From a virus, in IMG/VR virus record IMGVR_UViG_3300042891_000377, positions 1-64,000 of that record: a DNA stretch of 64,000 nt; one strand, 5' to 3'. Positions within the stretch are counted from its first letter, which is position 1. Every line of letters starts with the position of its first letter. The notes below the pieces were generated by a model. That model did no database searches. It was not told the DNA's origin and saw only the letters and a list, made by a program, of their open reading frames with translations. Position numbers and translations under genes: made by a program. Shown here piece after piece: positions 1 through 10,650 of the stretch.

Positions 1-340
1 GCTATGTTGATGCGGCTAATACAATACAGTCAAATGAAATCACCGCTATCAGTAATTCAGTTACAGGTGCAAATGCCGCTATAGTAACGGCTAACACAGC
101 ACTTAAAGGCTATGTTGATGCGGCCAATACAATACAGTCAAATGAAATCACCGCTATCAGTAATTCAGTTACAGGTGCAAATGCCGCTATAGTAACGGCT
201 AACACAGCACTTAAAGGCTATGTTGATGCGGCCAACACAATACAAACAAATCAAATTACCACAGTAAGTAGTTCAGTAACAGGTGCAAATGCCGCTATAG
301 TCACAGCCAATACCAACATGAAAGGTTATGTTGATGCACA
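1..340 (+). repeat. 108-bp tandem coding repeat (units start at 1, 109, 217; partial at 325)
   Basis: Units 1 and 2 nearly identical, unit 3 diverged; encodes YVDAANTIQSNEITAISNSVTGANAAIVTANTALKG. Confidence 0.95.
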
Positions 341-3131
341 AATCATTGGCGCAAGTGGATACGGTAATTCAAATGTGGCTACTTACTTACCAACATACTC
401 AGGCAACATCGCCGCCAACATTGTCAAGAATGGCAACACCTGGACATTTGGCACAGATGGTAATTTAACATTACCGCAAGGCGGTACTATTACCGAGGGT
501 GGCGGCATTAGTGGTGCTATAAAACTTACGCCCGCAGGTGGTGCTAACGCTAACCAAGCATTGTTAATTTACCCAACTGCAGCAGGGGACGGTGATCATG
601 TACACTTGACCACCGTCGGTGGTTCTACTGAACTGTACTTGGGCAATGACTTTCACTATGTCAAGTTGGTCAACGGCGGCAACATAGAACTACGAGCCGC
701 TACTGCAAATTTGTCCAGTCAGGCTGCTTGGAATTTTGACACCACTGGTAATATAGATACCATCCAGGCGTTGGGGATAAAGGTTCCTAATGGTGTGCCA
801 ACCGACGTTGCTGTTATCAACAGTACCACCGGCAGCTGGGAAATAAATCCTAGGTCCGACTTGGCCACAACAGGCGGGTCGGGCAGTGGATTGAGAGTAA
901 ATGTTACAGAGACTGGTGGATATGCCAGCACTATTGCTATTGCTACCGCTGGTACTGGATACAACAACGGTGATCTTATTACAGTCACAAGTGGCACATC
1001 CAATGCTACATTCACCATTGTTATTGGAGGTCGAAACACTTGGACCTTTGGCACAGGTGGTACTACACAATTTCCTAATAGCTTAATACTAGCACCAGTT
1101 AGTCAAAGTATCACTATGCAGAGTGATCAATATTCACAGTTGATGTGGCAAAACGCTAATGTAACCGTGGCCCCAAATATGGCTACTTACTCAAACTTCT
1201 ATGTAGCACAAAACAGTGCTACCTTGGATATTGGCTATCTTGACGGTAATAGTAGCCCACAATTCAAAGAGTGGCTCTGGAGTGTAGATGGTAATCTAAC
1301 ATTACCAAGTGGTGGATATATCCTTAACAGTGATAATTCAATCTACGGTGCCGGTAGCAGTTACAGCAACGTTGATGTAGCAAGTTATCTACCTACATAT
1401 TCAGGTAATATTGGCAACATAGACTTAGTAGCTAACTTAGGAGCAACCAGTGGCTCATTAGCAACACTAACAGCCAACGCTGGGGCACAAGCAGGATCAC
1501 TAGCAACAATTACGTCAGTGTTGACCAGTTCAAATGTAGCAATTGGAGAAAATGCTGCCTATACTGCGCAAGGGCAATATGCAGTTGCTATTGGTTTGTA
1601 TGCGGGTGGTGATACACAAGGAGAACGTGCGGTAGCTATAGGCTCCAATGCTGGTAAAACTGCGCAAGGTGCTTATGCAGTAGCTATTGGTAGACGTGCT
1701 GGAGAAACCAACCAAGGCAACAACTCTATTATTATCAATGCAACTACTGGGGTATTAAATCAAACCACAGCCAACACATTCACAGTGGCTCCGGTTAGAA
1801 ATGATGTGGCTAATATTAGTCAAATCATGTTTTACAACACCACTAGCAAAGAAGTTACCTACGGAAATATTATTAACATTGCGGGCAATGTCTCAGCTAA
1901 CTATTTTGTAGGTAATGGTGCCCTATTAACTGGTATTGTAGCCAGTGGCAGTAACTATAGTAATGCTAACGTAGCTAGTTACCTACCAACATATAGTGGT
2001 AATGTTGCTAACCTAACAGTTACTAATACGCTAACCCTTACTGCTACTAAAATAGCATTGGGTAGTGGCGCCGGGGCCTTCGGTGGTCAAGGAACTGATT
2101 CGATCGCAATTGGTCGTAGCACAGGTCAAAATATACAGGGCAATAGTGCTGTAGCTGTAGGAGGGTATGCTGGACAAAACAATCAAGGTGACGATGCAAC
2201 TGCTATTGGGCAGAACGCTGGATTCAATACACAAAGTCTACAAGCAGTAGCAGTTGGTAGTGGTGCAGGACAAACGTTTCAATCAATGGGTGGAGTAGCA
2301 GTTGGCTATGCCTCAGGACAAACATCACAAGGACTACGAGCTGTAGCAATTGGTTCTGTTGCTGGTAATGACCACCAAGGCCAACAGGCTATCGCAATAG
2401 GACACCAGGCGGGATATTCATACCAACCTGCTAATAGTATTGAGATCAATGCTTCGGGCACTCCGATCGATTATACTGATCTAACTGCTGGTTTATATAT
2501 TACATCAGTCAAAAATGACACAGCCAACGTCACAAACGTGATGTATTATAATACAACTTCAAAAGAAGTTACTTATGGAGCAGCAAGTGGCAGCTACAGC
2601 AACAGTAATGTAGCAAGTTACTTACCAACATACAGTGGTAATATTACAGCAGGTAATGTTATTGCTACACGCTTTATTGGTAATACTATTGGTACAACTG
2701 CTACATTTACTAGTAATATCACAACATCGGGTACTACTAGTTATTTTGTTGGTAATGCTGGCCCAGCAATTGCTGGCAGTACAGCATCAAGCGTTGGTTA
2801 TATGGGCTTACCACAAAGTGAAACCAGTACCAGTGCCACATTAGCCATTGGTGATGCTGGCAAACATATCTATGTAACAACAAACAGCCAAACAATAACC
2901 ATTCCAGCAGCTAGTTCAGTGGCTTACCCAATCGGAACTACTCTTACATTCATAGCAGGACCAAGTGCTACTACTGTTACTATTGCTATCACCTCAGACA
3001 CTATGTACTTGGCAGGTACAGGCACAACTGGTTCACGTACACTAGCCGCACATGGCATGGCCACAGCAGTTAAAGTCAGCGGACTAAGTTCAGCTGGTGT
3101 GTGGTACATTAACGGAAGCGGGTTAACATAA
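3..3131 (+). CDS. Long tail fibre/adhesin (5'-truncated; frame is open from the window start, so the ORF-track start at 318 is internal)
   Basis: In-frame 36-aa repeats upstream of 318; YadA-head-like (A/S)(V/I)A(I/V)G repeats; repeated SNxxVAxYLPTYSGN and WTFGTxG modules; Gly/Thr/Asn-rich. Confidence 0.8.
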   Translation, partial: YVDAANTIQSNEITAISNSVTGANAAIVTANTALKGYVDAANTIQSNEITAISNSVTGANAAIVTANTALKGYVDAANTIQTNQITTVSSSVTGANAAIVTANTNMKGYVDAQIIGASGYGNSNVATYLPTYSGNIAANIVKNGNTWTFGTDGNLTLPQGGTITEGGGISGAIKLTPAGGANANQALLIYPTAAGDGDHVHLTTVGGSTELYLGNDFHYVKLVNGGNIELRAATANLSSQAAWNFDTTGNIDTIQALGIKVPNGVPTDVAVINSTTGSWEINPRSDLATTGGSGSGLRVNVTETGGYASTIAIATAGTGYNNGDLITVTSGTSNATFTIVIGGRNTWTFGTGGTTQFPNSLILAPVSQSITMQSDQYSQLMWQNANVTVAPNMATYSNFYVAQNSATLDIGYLDGNSSPQFKEWLWSVDGNLTLPSGGYILNSDNSIYGAGSSYSNVDVASYLPTYSGNIGNIDLVANLGATSGSLATLTANAGAQAGSLATITSVLTSSNVAIGENAAYTAQGQYAVAIGLYAGGDTQGERAVAIGSNAGKTAQGAYAVAIGRRAGETNQGNNSIIINATTGVLNQTTANTFTVAPVRNDVANISQIMFYNTTSKEVTYGNIINIAGNVSANYFVGNGALLTGIVASGSNYSNANVASYLPTYSGNVANLTVTNTLTLTATKIALGSGAGAFGGQGTDSIAIGRSTGQNIQGNSAVAVGGYAGQNNQGDDATAIGQNAGFNTQSLQAVAVGSGAGQTFQSMGGVAVGYASGQTSQGLRAVAIGSVAGNDHQGQQAIAIGHQAGYSYQPANSIEINASGTPIDYTDLTAGLYITSVKNDTANVTNVMYYNTTSKEVTYGAASGSYSNSNVASYLPTYSGNITAGNVIATRFIGNTIGTTATFTSNITTSGTTSYFVGNAGPAIAGSTASSVGYMGLPQSETSTSATLAIGDAGKHIYVTTNSQTITIPAASSVAYPIGTTLTFIAGPSATTVTIAITSDTMYLAGTGTTGSRTLAAHGMATAVKVSGLSSAGVWYINGSGLT

Positions 3132-3841
3132 TGGCTGGAGCAGTTGCAGGAGTATTAGCCAGCTATGGTGCGGCAGTGTCGCCTGTTTTTGCCAATCCTA
3201 CATTAACTTTTGGATCAGCTGTGACTACACAGGCCACAAGTCCTTTTACGGGAGGCGGCAACAGTTATAGATTTTCAAGCAGCGTTAACAGTTATATTAC
3301 TACCCCGGGCAGTGATAACTGGGCAGTAGGTACTGGAGATTTTACTGTAGAATGGTTTGGTAATCAAAGCAGTACAGCACAATTCCAGAGAATATTTTCT
3401 ACAGGTGATTATCCCAATATGAAAATTGGTGTTAGTATAGAATCTGCTACATTTTATTATTGGGCAAACAACTCTACTCGTTATAATTCCGCAGGCTCTA
3501 CTATAGTTAATACCTGGTATCATTGGGCAGTAGTTCGAAGCATCGGAACAACTTATGTTTACAGAAACGGTACTCTACGAGGCAGCTCGTTTGCCGATAC
3601 AAACAATATCACAGACAATACCACAACATTAGTCATTGGCAATACCAACACATTTGCTACTAACGCTGCATTTGTTGGCGATATAACAAACTTTAGATTT
3701 ATAAAAGGACTGGCCGTTTATACCGGCAATTTTACAACACCCACCAGTGCGTTAACTGCTACAGCTAATGCTAATCCATACGGTGGATCAAATACTGTCG
3801 CTATAGGCTCAGGATTTACTAAACTGCTGCTGGTTCCATAA
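3131..3841 (+). CDS. Concanavalin A/LamG-like lectin domain tail-associated protein
   Basis: GDFTVEW...WYHWAVVR...YRNG...GDITNFRFIKGLAVYTGNFT pattern. Confidence 0.75.
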   Translation: MAGAVAGVLASYGAAVSPVFANPTLTFGSAVTTQATSPFTGGGNSYRFSSSVNSYITTPGSDNWAVGTGDFTVEWFGNQSSTAQFQRIFSTGDYPNMKIGVSIESATFYYWANNSTRYNSAGSTIVNTWYHWAVVRSIGTTYVYRNGTLRGSSFADTNNITDNTTTLVIGNTNTFATNAAFVGDITNFRFIKGLAVYTGNFTTPTSALTATANANPYGGSNTVAIGSGFTKLLLVP

Positions 3842-3877
3842 CTGTAAATATGCTAAAGACGATCTACGGAATATAAA

Positions 3878-4009
3878 ATGGCCATAACATTAAGCAAAAG
3901 TATTTCATTAACTGGCGGCATTAGTGCTACCTCTGGCTTCCTGTCAGAGGTAGGTGTTTATGATACAGCATTGGTCAAAGTTTGGCTTATAAAGGTTGAC
4001 CTAATGTAA
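3878..4009 (+). pseudogene. Short ORF (43 aa, MAITLSKSISLTGGIS...), possible remnant of a fibre/lectin gene
   Basis: Read directly from sequence; N-terminus resembles starts of phage lectin-domain proteins; ends inside the primase promoter. Confidence 0.3.
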
Positions 4010-4024
4010 GATTTAGTATATAAT
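3996..4024 (+). promoter_or_regulatory. sigma70 promoter for primase (predicted leaderless)
   Basis: TTGACC-N17-TATAAT; ATG 7 nt after the -10 box; no SD. Confidence 0.7.
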
Positions 4025-4030
4025 AACTAT

Positions 4031-5062
4031 ATGCTGAATATTATCTCTGATTTTATTAAAAGTATCTTACCTGCTAAACGCAAAACAACTCCTAGCGGTT
4101 GGATTAGCTTTAATGCTCCGTGTTGCATACACAACGGTGACTCGGCAGATACTAGAGGCCGTGGTGGCTTAACTGCTAACGCAGATGGTAGTGTAAGCTA
4201 CCACTGTTTTAATTGTAACTTCAAAGCCAGCTATCAACCAGGCAGACACTTAACATTTAAGTTTCGTAAACTATTATCATGGATGGGTGCAGGTGATAGT
4301 GATGTTAAACGCTTAGTAATTGAAGCTATTCGTATCAAAGACCTAGTAGCACCGGAACAGGTAAAAGAATCTGAAGAAAAGATTGAGTTTAAAGTTCGTG
4401 AACTACCCAAAGATGCGCTAAGTTTCCAACAGCTACTTACACATCATATATTAGCTGACTTTAATAATGTTCCTACACTGCTAAATTCAGCAGTTGACTA
4501 CATCAAAGCTCGTAAGATTGATCATACCAAGTATGAGTTTTATTGGACTGACAGTACAGAACATAGCCTACATCAACGTGTGATTATTCCTATGATTTGG
4601 GAAGGTAATACTATTGGGTATACTAGTCGTGCGTTTACTGATGGAGTTAAACCCAAGTACTACAGTCACTATGAACCTAACTTTGTGTTTAACACCAACA
4701 ATCAAAAACGCGACAGTAAGTTTGTTATTGTATGCGAAGGACCGTTTGATGCTATGGCTATAGATGGTGTAGCAGTATTGGGTAATGAAGTTGCAGAACA
4801 ACAAGCAGACATTATTGACGCACTAGGCCGTGAGGTTATTGTTGTTGCTGATGCAGATAAGAGCGGTGCTAAACTTGTTGATGCGGCTATCAAATATGGT
4901 TGGAGTGTTAGCTTTCCCGTTTGGCAAGAAGACCAAGACTGTAAAGATATTAGTGACGCAGTAGTTAAGTACGGTAAATTGTTTGTGCTTAAAAGTATCA
5001 TTGATGCCAAAGAATCAAGCAAGTTAAAAATTGAATTACTACGCAAGAGATTGTATAATTAA
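4031..5062 (+). CDS. DNA primase (Zn-finger + TOPRIM)
   Basis: N-terminal CC..H / CFNC zinc motif; VCEGPFDA and DADKSG TOPRIM motifs; KDISDA. Confidence 0.9.
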   Translation: MLNIISDFIKSILPAKRKTTPSGWISFNAPCCIHNGDSADTRGRGGLTANADGSVSYHCFNCNFKASYQPGRHLTFKFRKLLSWMGAGDSDVKRLVIEAIRIKDLVAPEQVKESEEKIEFKVRELPKDALSFQQLLTHHILADFNNVPTLLNSAVDYIKARKIDHTKYEFYWTDSTEHSLHQRVIIPMIWEGNTIGYTSRAFTDGVKPKYYSHYEPNFVFNTNNQKRDSKFVIVCEGPFDAMAIDGVAVLGNEVAEQQADIIDALGREVIVVADADKSGAKLVDAAIKYGWSVSFPVWQEDQDCKDISDAVVKYGKLFVLKSIIDAKESSKLKIELLRKRLYN

Positions 5063-5094
5063 TACTATGCAGAGAATTTTATCGAGAGTAAACA

Positions 5095-6240
5095 ATGGCT
5101 AGACTAGATCATGTACAAACTTACTTAGACGAGTTGAAGATCCCATATTTTATTATCGGTGAAGAAATCTTAAAATTTATCAGTGCTAATAAAGAACAAA
5201 GTAATTGGGAATCGGCTATTACTCAGTTTTTTGATGGGTTATTTAAAATAGATTTTAATCAATCATTTAATCAACCAATAGTGATCTATTATAGAGAAGT
5301 CATTACCGAAGAAATATTAGAGCTACTACACAACTATATTAGAAATCAATGCAGCAACATTGAAAATATAGTATTTTTGACAGCGCAGGGTATCGGACTT
5401 AAACGATATTATACAAATTTTTGCCAGTTGCACTCCACAAAGGGGTTTAATGTTATTGAAATACCGTGGGTACTAGGGTATGAAGTATTCGTATCAGATG
5501 AGACAGCACATCTATACCAATTACCAAAAAAAGAAAGTATACAAAGTTTATTTTCATATTATGGTGGAACATATGAAGTAAACCCCCCGGAACGTACTAT
5601 TATGACATTATTTGCTAGTAGATATGCAGATATAGCACATATTGAGTCAATGGCTGACGCTGCAAAATGGCAAAACGTTGAAAATTATTTAGAATATCTG
5701 AGCTATTTTAGCGATGTTGACTCAATTAACAAATATCGATTAGATTATAATCAATCAGTAGATAACGAATCATATATAATACCAAAGTTGATTAAAACTG
5801 ACTCTCAGATTTATTTGGAAAAATTTAATAGACTAGGCCCACAGTGGCAAGTGGATAGTAAAAGTTTTTTCTCTTTAATTCGAGAAACTAGTTGTACGCA
5901 AAACTTTTACAATTTAAGTGAAAAAACTATGCGATGTTTCTTTCATGGTGTAGCATTATTACCAACACATGGTGCCCATATTATTGATGACTTACGAGAA
6001 ATGGGTTATGTCATTGATAGCAATTTTATAGACTATAGCTATTTAAAAGAAGACAACTTATTCTATAGACTGAAAGCACTAGGTGCACAACTAGATTCTA
6101 TAAAACAAAATTTAAATTTTGATGATTTATATGAGCGTTGGGTAGACAACTATGATCAATTCTCGTATAATTGTAACTATCTATTAAAGAATCATAAGCC
6201 GCAGGCAATATTGCATAGACTGGATAACTATTTTAAATAA
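5095..6240 (+). CDS. Hypothetical protein, possible glycosyltransferase-like
   Basis: C-terminal RET..SEKT.R.F..G..L..MGY motif shared with 17644..18657; very AT-rich. Confidence 0.45.
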   Translation: MARLDHVQTYLDELKIPYFIIGEEILKFISANKEQSNWESAITQFFDGLFKIDFNQSFNQPIVIYYREVITEEILELLHNYIRNQCSNIENIVFLTAQGIGLKRYYTNFCQLHSTKGFNVIEIPWVLGYEVFVSDETAHLYQLPKKESIQSLFSYYGGTYEVNPPERTIMTLFASRYADIAHIESMADAAKWQNVENYLEYLSYFSDVDSINKYRLDYNQSVDNESYIIPKLIKTDSQIYLEKFNRLGPQWQVDSKSFFSLIRETSCTQNFYNLSEKTMRCFFHGVALLPTHGAHIIDDLREMGYVIDSNFIDYSYLKEDNLFYRLKALGAQLDSIKQNLNFDDLYERWVDNYDQFSYNCNYLLKNHKPQAILHRLDNYFK

Positions 6241-6244
6241 AACT

Positions 6245-7651
6245 ATGAGCAAAGAATATTCAACAGACCTACAACAGTTATTTTTAGAAATGATGCTACA
6301 AGATCCGCAGAGTTACGTGCGGGTACAAAACATCTATAATCCCGAAAACTTTGATAGAAGTTTACGCGAAGCCGCTAAATTTATTAAACAGCACAGTGAC
6401 GAATATAGAACACTGCCTACTATTGATCAAGTACAGGCAGTGACTACAGTTGTGCTTAAACATGTACCTAACCTAACTGAAGATCACTACAATTGGTTTA
6501 TGACAGAGTTTGAGGGCTTTACTAAACGTAATGAACTTGAACGTGCAATTCTTGCGGCGGCTGATATGTTGGAAAAGGGCGAGTATGACCCAGTTGAAAA
6601 ACTAATTAAGGATGCTGTACAAATATCGCTTACTAAAGATATGGGTACAGAATACTTCGAAGATCCTAGAGCACGTATCGACAAATACTTTAACAGCGGT
6701 GGACAGGTAAGTACTGGTTGGCCACAAATGGATAAGATACTCTACGGTGGCTTTAGTCGAGGCGAACTTAACATCTTTGCTGGTGGATCTGGTTCGGGTA
6801 AATCGTTGGTTATGATGAACATTGCACTTAGCTGGTTACAAGCTGGACTTAGTGGTGTGTATGTAACATTAGAACTTAGTGAAGAACTATGCTCGTTGCG
6901 TACAGATGCTATGCTTACTGGCATGAGTACAAAAGACATTAGAAAAGACATTGAAACAACTGAACTTAAAGTTAAGATGGTGGGCAAAAAGTCTGGACAA
7001 TATCGTGTTAAAGGCTTCCCTGCACAGAGTAATGTAAACGACATACGTAGTTACTTAAAAGAAGTACAGATTCAAACTGGTATTAAAGTCGACTTTGTTA
7101 TGGTAGATTACTTAGATTTGGTAATGCCAGTATCTATTAAAGTTAATCCAAATGACCAGTTTATCAAAGACAAGTATGTAGCAGAAGAATTGCGCAACCT
7201 AGCCAAAGAGCTTAATGTGTTGTTGGTTACAGCATCGCAGTTAAATCGTAGTGCTGTAGAAGAAATTGAATTTGACCATAGTCATATTGCTGGTGGTATA
7301 TCTAAGATCAATACAGCAGATAACGTATTTGGTATCTTTACGTCACGTGCTATGAAAGAACGTGGTAGATATCAGTTACAATGTATGAAGTCGCGTAGTA
7401 GTACTGGTGTAGGGCACAAAGTAGATTTAACTTATAATATTGAAACTATGCGTATCACCGACGAGGGAGAAGAAACCACTGGTGATGGTAATGGTGCTAG
7501 TCGCAATATCAACAATGTTCTAAATAACATCAAATCGTCATCAACAGTTAATAGAGAAACTGGTGAAATTACTGATGCTCCGAAAATTAATGCAACAGTT
7601 GACAGTAGCAAACTTAAAAGTATGCTTGCTGGGCTTAAAAGAGAAGAATAA
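6245..7651 (+). CDS. Replicative DnaB/T4 gp41-like helicase
   Basis: Walker A GGSGSGKS; VMVDYLDL Walker B; ASQLNR; KSR arginine finger. Confidence 0.95.
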   Translation: MSKEYSTDLQQLFLEMMLQDPQSYVRVQNIYNPENFDRSLREAAKFIKQHSDEYRTLPTIDQVQAVTTVVLKHVPNLTEDHYNWFMTEFEGFTKRNELERAILAAADMLEKGEYDPVEKLIKDAVQISLTKDMGTEYFEDPRARIDKYFNSGGQVSTGWPQMDKILYGGFSRGELNIFAGGSGSGKSLVMMNIALSWLQAGLSGVYVTLELSEELCSLRTDAMLTGMSTKDIRKDIETTELKVKMVGKKSGQYRVKGFPAQSNVNDIRSYLKEVQIQTGIKVDFVMVDYLDLVMPVSIKVNPNDQFIKDKYVAEELRNLAKELNVLLVTASQLNRSAVEEIEFDHSHIAGGISKINTADNVFGIFTSRAMKERGRYQLQCMKSRSSTGVGHKVDLTYNIETMRITDEGEETTGDGNGASRNINNVLNNIKSSSTVNRETGEITDAPKINATVDSSKLKSMLAGLKREE

Positions 7652-7652
7652 T

Positions 7653-8246
7653 ATGTCACTGGACTTTGAGTTAATTGACAGTAGTACTACCTATTCGTTA
7701 ACACGATTAGTAAATAGAGTAACAACACCAAGTCCTGAGTTATTTCTCTTACAAGACTTTATTGACCCTAGATTACTAGATAAATTATATCAATTTATTA
7801 CCACGCAACCTAACTTATCCTGGCAGTTAGTCAACGGTCAGGAATACCGCACACGCAAAGAGATATGTTGGGAAGCCGACACAGTGATTGAAGAAGTACA
7901 TACGGTTTTTGAAAATCTAACAGATTATTTAAATCAAGAATTTAATAGAAATTTAAAATTTAATGGTATTAGTATTTGGCAGGATAGTCCGTCTTATATG
8001 TATGGTAGGCATAAAGATATTCCTATAATTAATCTTGCTATTCAAATTTATATGACTTCTGGATATAACGAACTGAATACTAAATTTTATTATAACGATC
8101 AAATATTAGAATCGGTATATCAAAAGAATTATGAATATTTAATAGATAATTCTAATTTTTTAGAACACGGAATTGACACTCCTGTGCCTAAAAAACATAT
8201 TAGATATTCGTTATATTGTTCGTGGGATAAATGCCCAAATGTCTAA
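7653..8246 (+). CDS. 2OG-Fe(II) oxygenase-like protein
   Basis: HxD (HKD), distal H (LEHG) and RYS motif. Confidence 0.6.
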   Translation: MSLDFELIDSSTTYSLTRLVNRVTTPSPELFLLQDFIDPRLLDKLYQFITTQPNLSWQLVNGQEYRTRKEICWEADTVIEEVHTVFENLTDYLNQEFNRNLKFNGISIWQDSPSYMYGRHKDIPIINLAIQIYMTSGYNELNTKFYYNDQILESVYQKNYEYLIDNSNFLEHGIDTPVPKKHIRYSLYCSWDKCPNV

Positions 8247-9309
8247 TAATTTTTGTAGATTTTTGTCTAATGGTTATTCAGTAAGACTGGGTCAAAATAG
8301 TAAGTTAGAAGTAACTCCGTGTTGTTGGTATAGTGGTGATAGTGTACCATTGGATCAAAATATTAAATCTAATACAGAAATAAAATTTAATTCAATATCA
8401 AATTGGACACCTGGATGTCAGGTATGTCAACAACAAGAATTAGCCGGCGCTAACAGTTTTAGACAATCTAGTTTTGATATAATTGCAGATATTGATAATA
8501 ATTTGCCGGTTGCATTAGATATTAATATTGATCTTACTTGTAATGCTGCGTGTATTACCTGCGGACCTCATGCTAGTTCTACTTGGTCTAAACAAATGAC
8601 CAATCAAAAAATGATTCACATCAACCCCGATCTAGATTACACAACTCAACTTGCCCAGTTGATTAATACCCTTGATCTAAGTAGTGTGCGAAGAATAAAA
8701 TTTTTTGGAGGAGAACCTCTATTAACTAATACTCATATTACTATTTTAAATAACATACCAGATCCTAGTAAAGTTGACATATGGTACACTACAAATGCTA
8801 GTATTATGCCAGATGCAACGGTATTAGACATATGGAGTAAATTTAATTTGGTATTTTTTGAAGCTAGTATTGACGGTATTGGCAATCAATTTAATTATAT
8901 ACGGTGGCCATTACCGTGGGAATTAATTGAAAAAAATCTATTACAACTTAGAGAAATATCACCAGCAAATACGTTATTTAGAATTAATCATACTTTAAAT
9001 CCTTTTAACATATATTACTATGATAGATTAGAAGAATGGACTAATAAACACTTTGCAACTAATCGTTTGGGCGATTTGACAGAGATTAATATACATCCTT
9101 GCTGGGGTGATTGGGCATTAAATCGAACTCCTATTGAATTACGAAAAGAAATTTATCAAAAATATAATAATCACGCAGTAAGTAAGTTACTTAGTGAACA
9201 GGGCAACGAACCAGTTGATTCAATTATTCAGTTTACACAAACATGGGATATCATAAGAAAAAATAATTGGAAAGAAATCTTTCCGGAAATAGTTAACTAT
9301 TTTATTTAA
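8239..9309 (+). CDS. Radical SAM protein
   Basis: CNAACITC (CxxxCxxC), FFGGEPL, TTNA, SIDG; N-terminal PCC and CxxC. Confidence 0.9.
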   Translation: MSNNFCRFLSNGYSVRLGQNSKLEVTPCCWYSGDSVPLDQNIKSNTEIKFNSISNWTPGCQVCQQQELAGANSFRQSSFDIIADIDNNLPVALDINIDLTCNAACITCGPHASSTWSKQMTNQKMIHINPDLDYTTQLAQLINTLDLSSVRRIKFFGGEPLLTNTHITILNNIPDPSKVDIWYTTNASIMPDATVLDIWSKFNLVFFEASIDGIGNQFNYIRWPLPWELIEKNLLQLREISPANTLFRINHTLNPFNIYYYDRLEEWTNKHFATNRLGDLTEINIHPCWGDWALNRTPIELRKEIYQKYNNHAVSKLLSEQGNEPVDSIIQFTQTWDIIRKNNWKEIFPEIVNYFI

Positions 9310-10318
9310 TAGCTGACATAAGTTTGGGTAGATACGTATTGATCGATATTCCCTTTAGTTGATCTTGTTTGTTTATTTCTATTAGAAATCTTTGAAATTT
9401 TTCATCGTCGTTGGAGCAGTGCTCTCTAAAAAAATCAGACGTATATTGGTTTTTAACACGAAGGGGCAACGAGTTAATAGAAAAATAGTCGGGGTCAGTA
9501 ACTAAATTATGATTATAATTAAGACCTTGATTAGTAAACCATTGAATTGTTTCATTGTGATATAAAATATTAAGATTACTAATTGTATAACTAACACTTA
9601 GTTTAAAATTTTGTGATCTATAAAAATCTAAATTATCCAGTAATTTATCCCATTTCAATGGATAGCGTATATATTCAAAAACAGGACCAACACCATCTAT
9701 ACTTAAATTAATATTTAAATTATTAAAGTTAGATAGTATTTTCTTTTGATGCGAGGTTAGATCAGTAGATCCATTAGTGGTAATAGATATAAAACAATTA
9801 GTTTTTTCAGCTGTAATCAATCGTTCTAATAGATCAAAGTTTTTCTTTTCAGTTAACGGTTCGCCGCCAACAAAATTTAACATAATAAAATCTTCTATAG
9901 GTAATTGATCTAAAATAGAATTATTAATCTGAATTAATTTTTTATTTTTTGTAAGTGTGCCCCAAGCAGTGCTAGCTTCTGGGCCACATGTAGCACAGGT
10001 ACTATTACACAAGTTGCTAGTATACAATTTTATAATTTGAGGAGAAAATTTACCTTGTTGGCAGTCTTCTTCAATAAATCTAATGTCTCGATTAGCATAA
10101 AAATCAAAAGAAGAATTTTTTAATTGTCTATCACTGATTTTACCTTGATCTTCCAATATCCAACATTTTTGACAGGCAGTGGCCCTTTGCTTATTAAGCA
10201 TAGTAGTTTGTACTTGCTGTAAATCTGTACCTGATGGTATCAGACAGCAAGGTGTTGTATATCCCGATTGATCATATTCAGCACCGTAAAATGGTAATAC
10301 ACAAAAGTAATTGTTCAT
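9302..10318 (-). CDS. Radical SAM protein (paralog of 8239..9309)
   Basis: CNSTCATC, GGEPL, TTNG, SIDG, YIRYPLKW. Confidence 0.9.
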   Translation of the reverse strand: MNNYFCVLPFYGAEYDQSGYTTPCCLIPSGTDLQQVQTTMLNKQRATACQKCWILEDQGKISDRQLKNSSFDFYANRDIRFIEEDCQQGKFSPQIIKLYTSNLCNSTCATCGPEASTAWGTLTKNKKLIQINNSILDQLPIEDFIMLNFVGGEPLTEKKNFDLLERLITAEKTNCFISITTNGSTDLTSHQKKILSNFNNLNINLSIDGVGPVFEYIRYPLKWDKLLDNLDFYRSQNFKLSVSYTISNLNILYHNETIQWFTNQGLNYNHNLVTDPDYFSINSLPLRVKNQYTSDFFREHCSNDDEKFQRFLIEINKQDQLKGISINTYLPKLMSAIK

Positions 10319-10401
10319 TGTAATAGTATTTAACGTGTGCTATACTATAAGAAATTATTTAATTTCTATTTGCAATAAATACATTAAACTGGAGTAGAAC
10401 T

Positions 10402-10650
10402 TTGCAAAAGCGCACACGTAGTATTCTTACTGAACTCGATGAGCTATTACATCATAAGGATAAAGCAAATCTGATCGAAAGTAGAGCTAATAACATCATT
10501 AATGGTGCTATTAATCTCATTAATCACATCCGCGAAAACTATGATGCAGAGCAAGCTGGTGAATTAGAGCGACGTCTACTTAATGCAATCAAAGGGCAAG
10601 ACCCAGCAAAATTTAGCCGCGGTATCAGGAAATTAAAAGATGAAGATTAA
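10402..10650 (+). CDS. Hypothetical phage protein (TTG start)
   Basis: GGAG SD and TAAATA late motif upstream; helical protein. Confidence 0.7.
   Translation: MQKRTRSILTELDELLHHKDKANLIESRANNIINGAINLINHIRENYDAEQAGELERRLLNAIKGQDPAKFSRGIRKLKDED

Noticed and set aside
1-340. CRISPR array
   Set aside because: The 108-bp units are contiguous, in-frame coding repeats with no unique spacers
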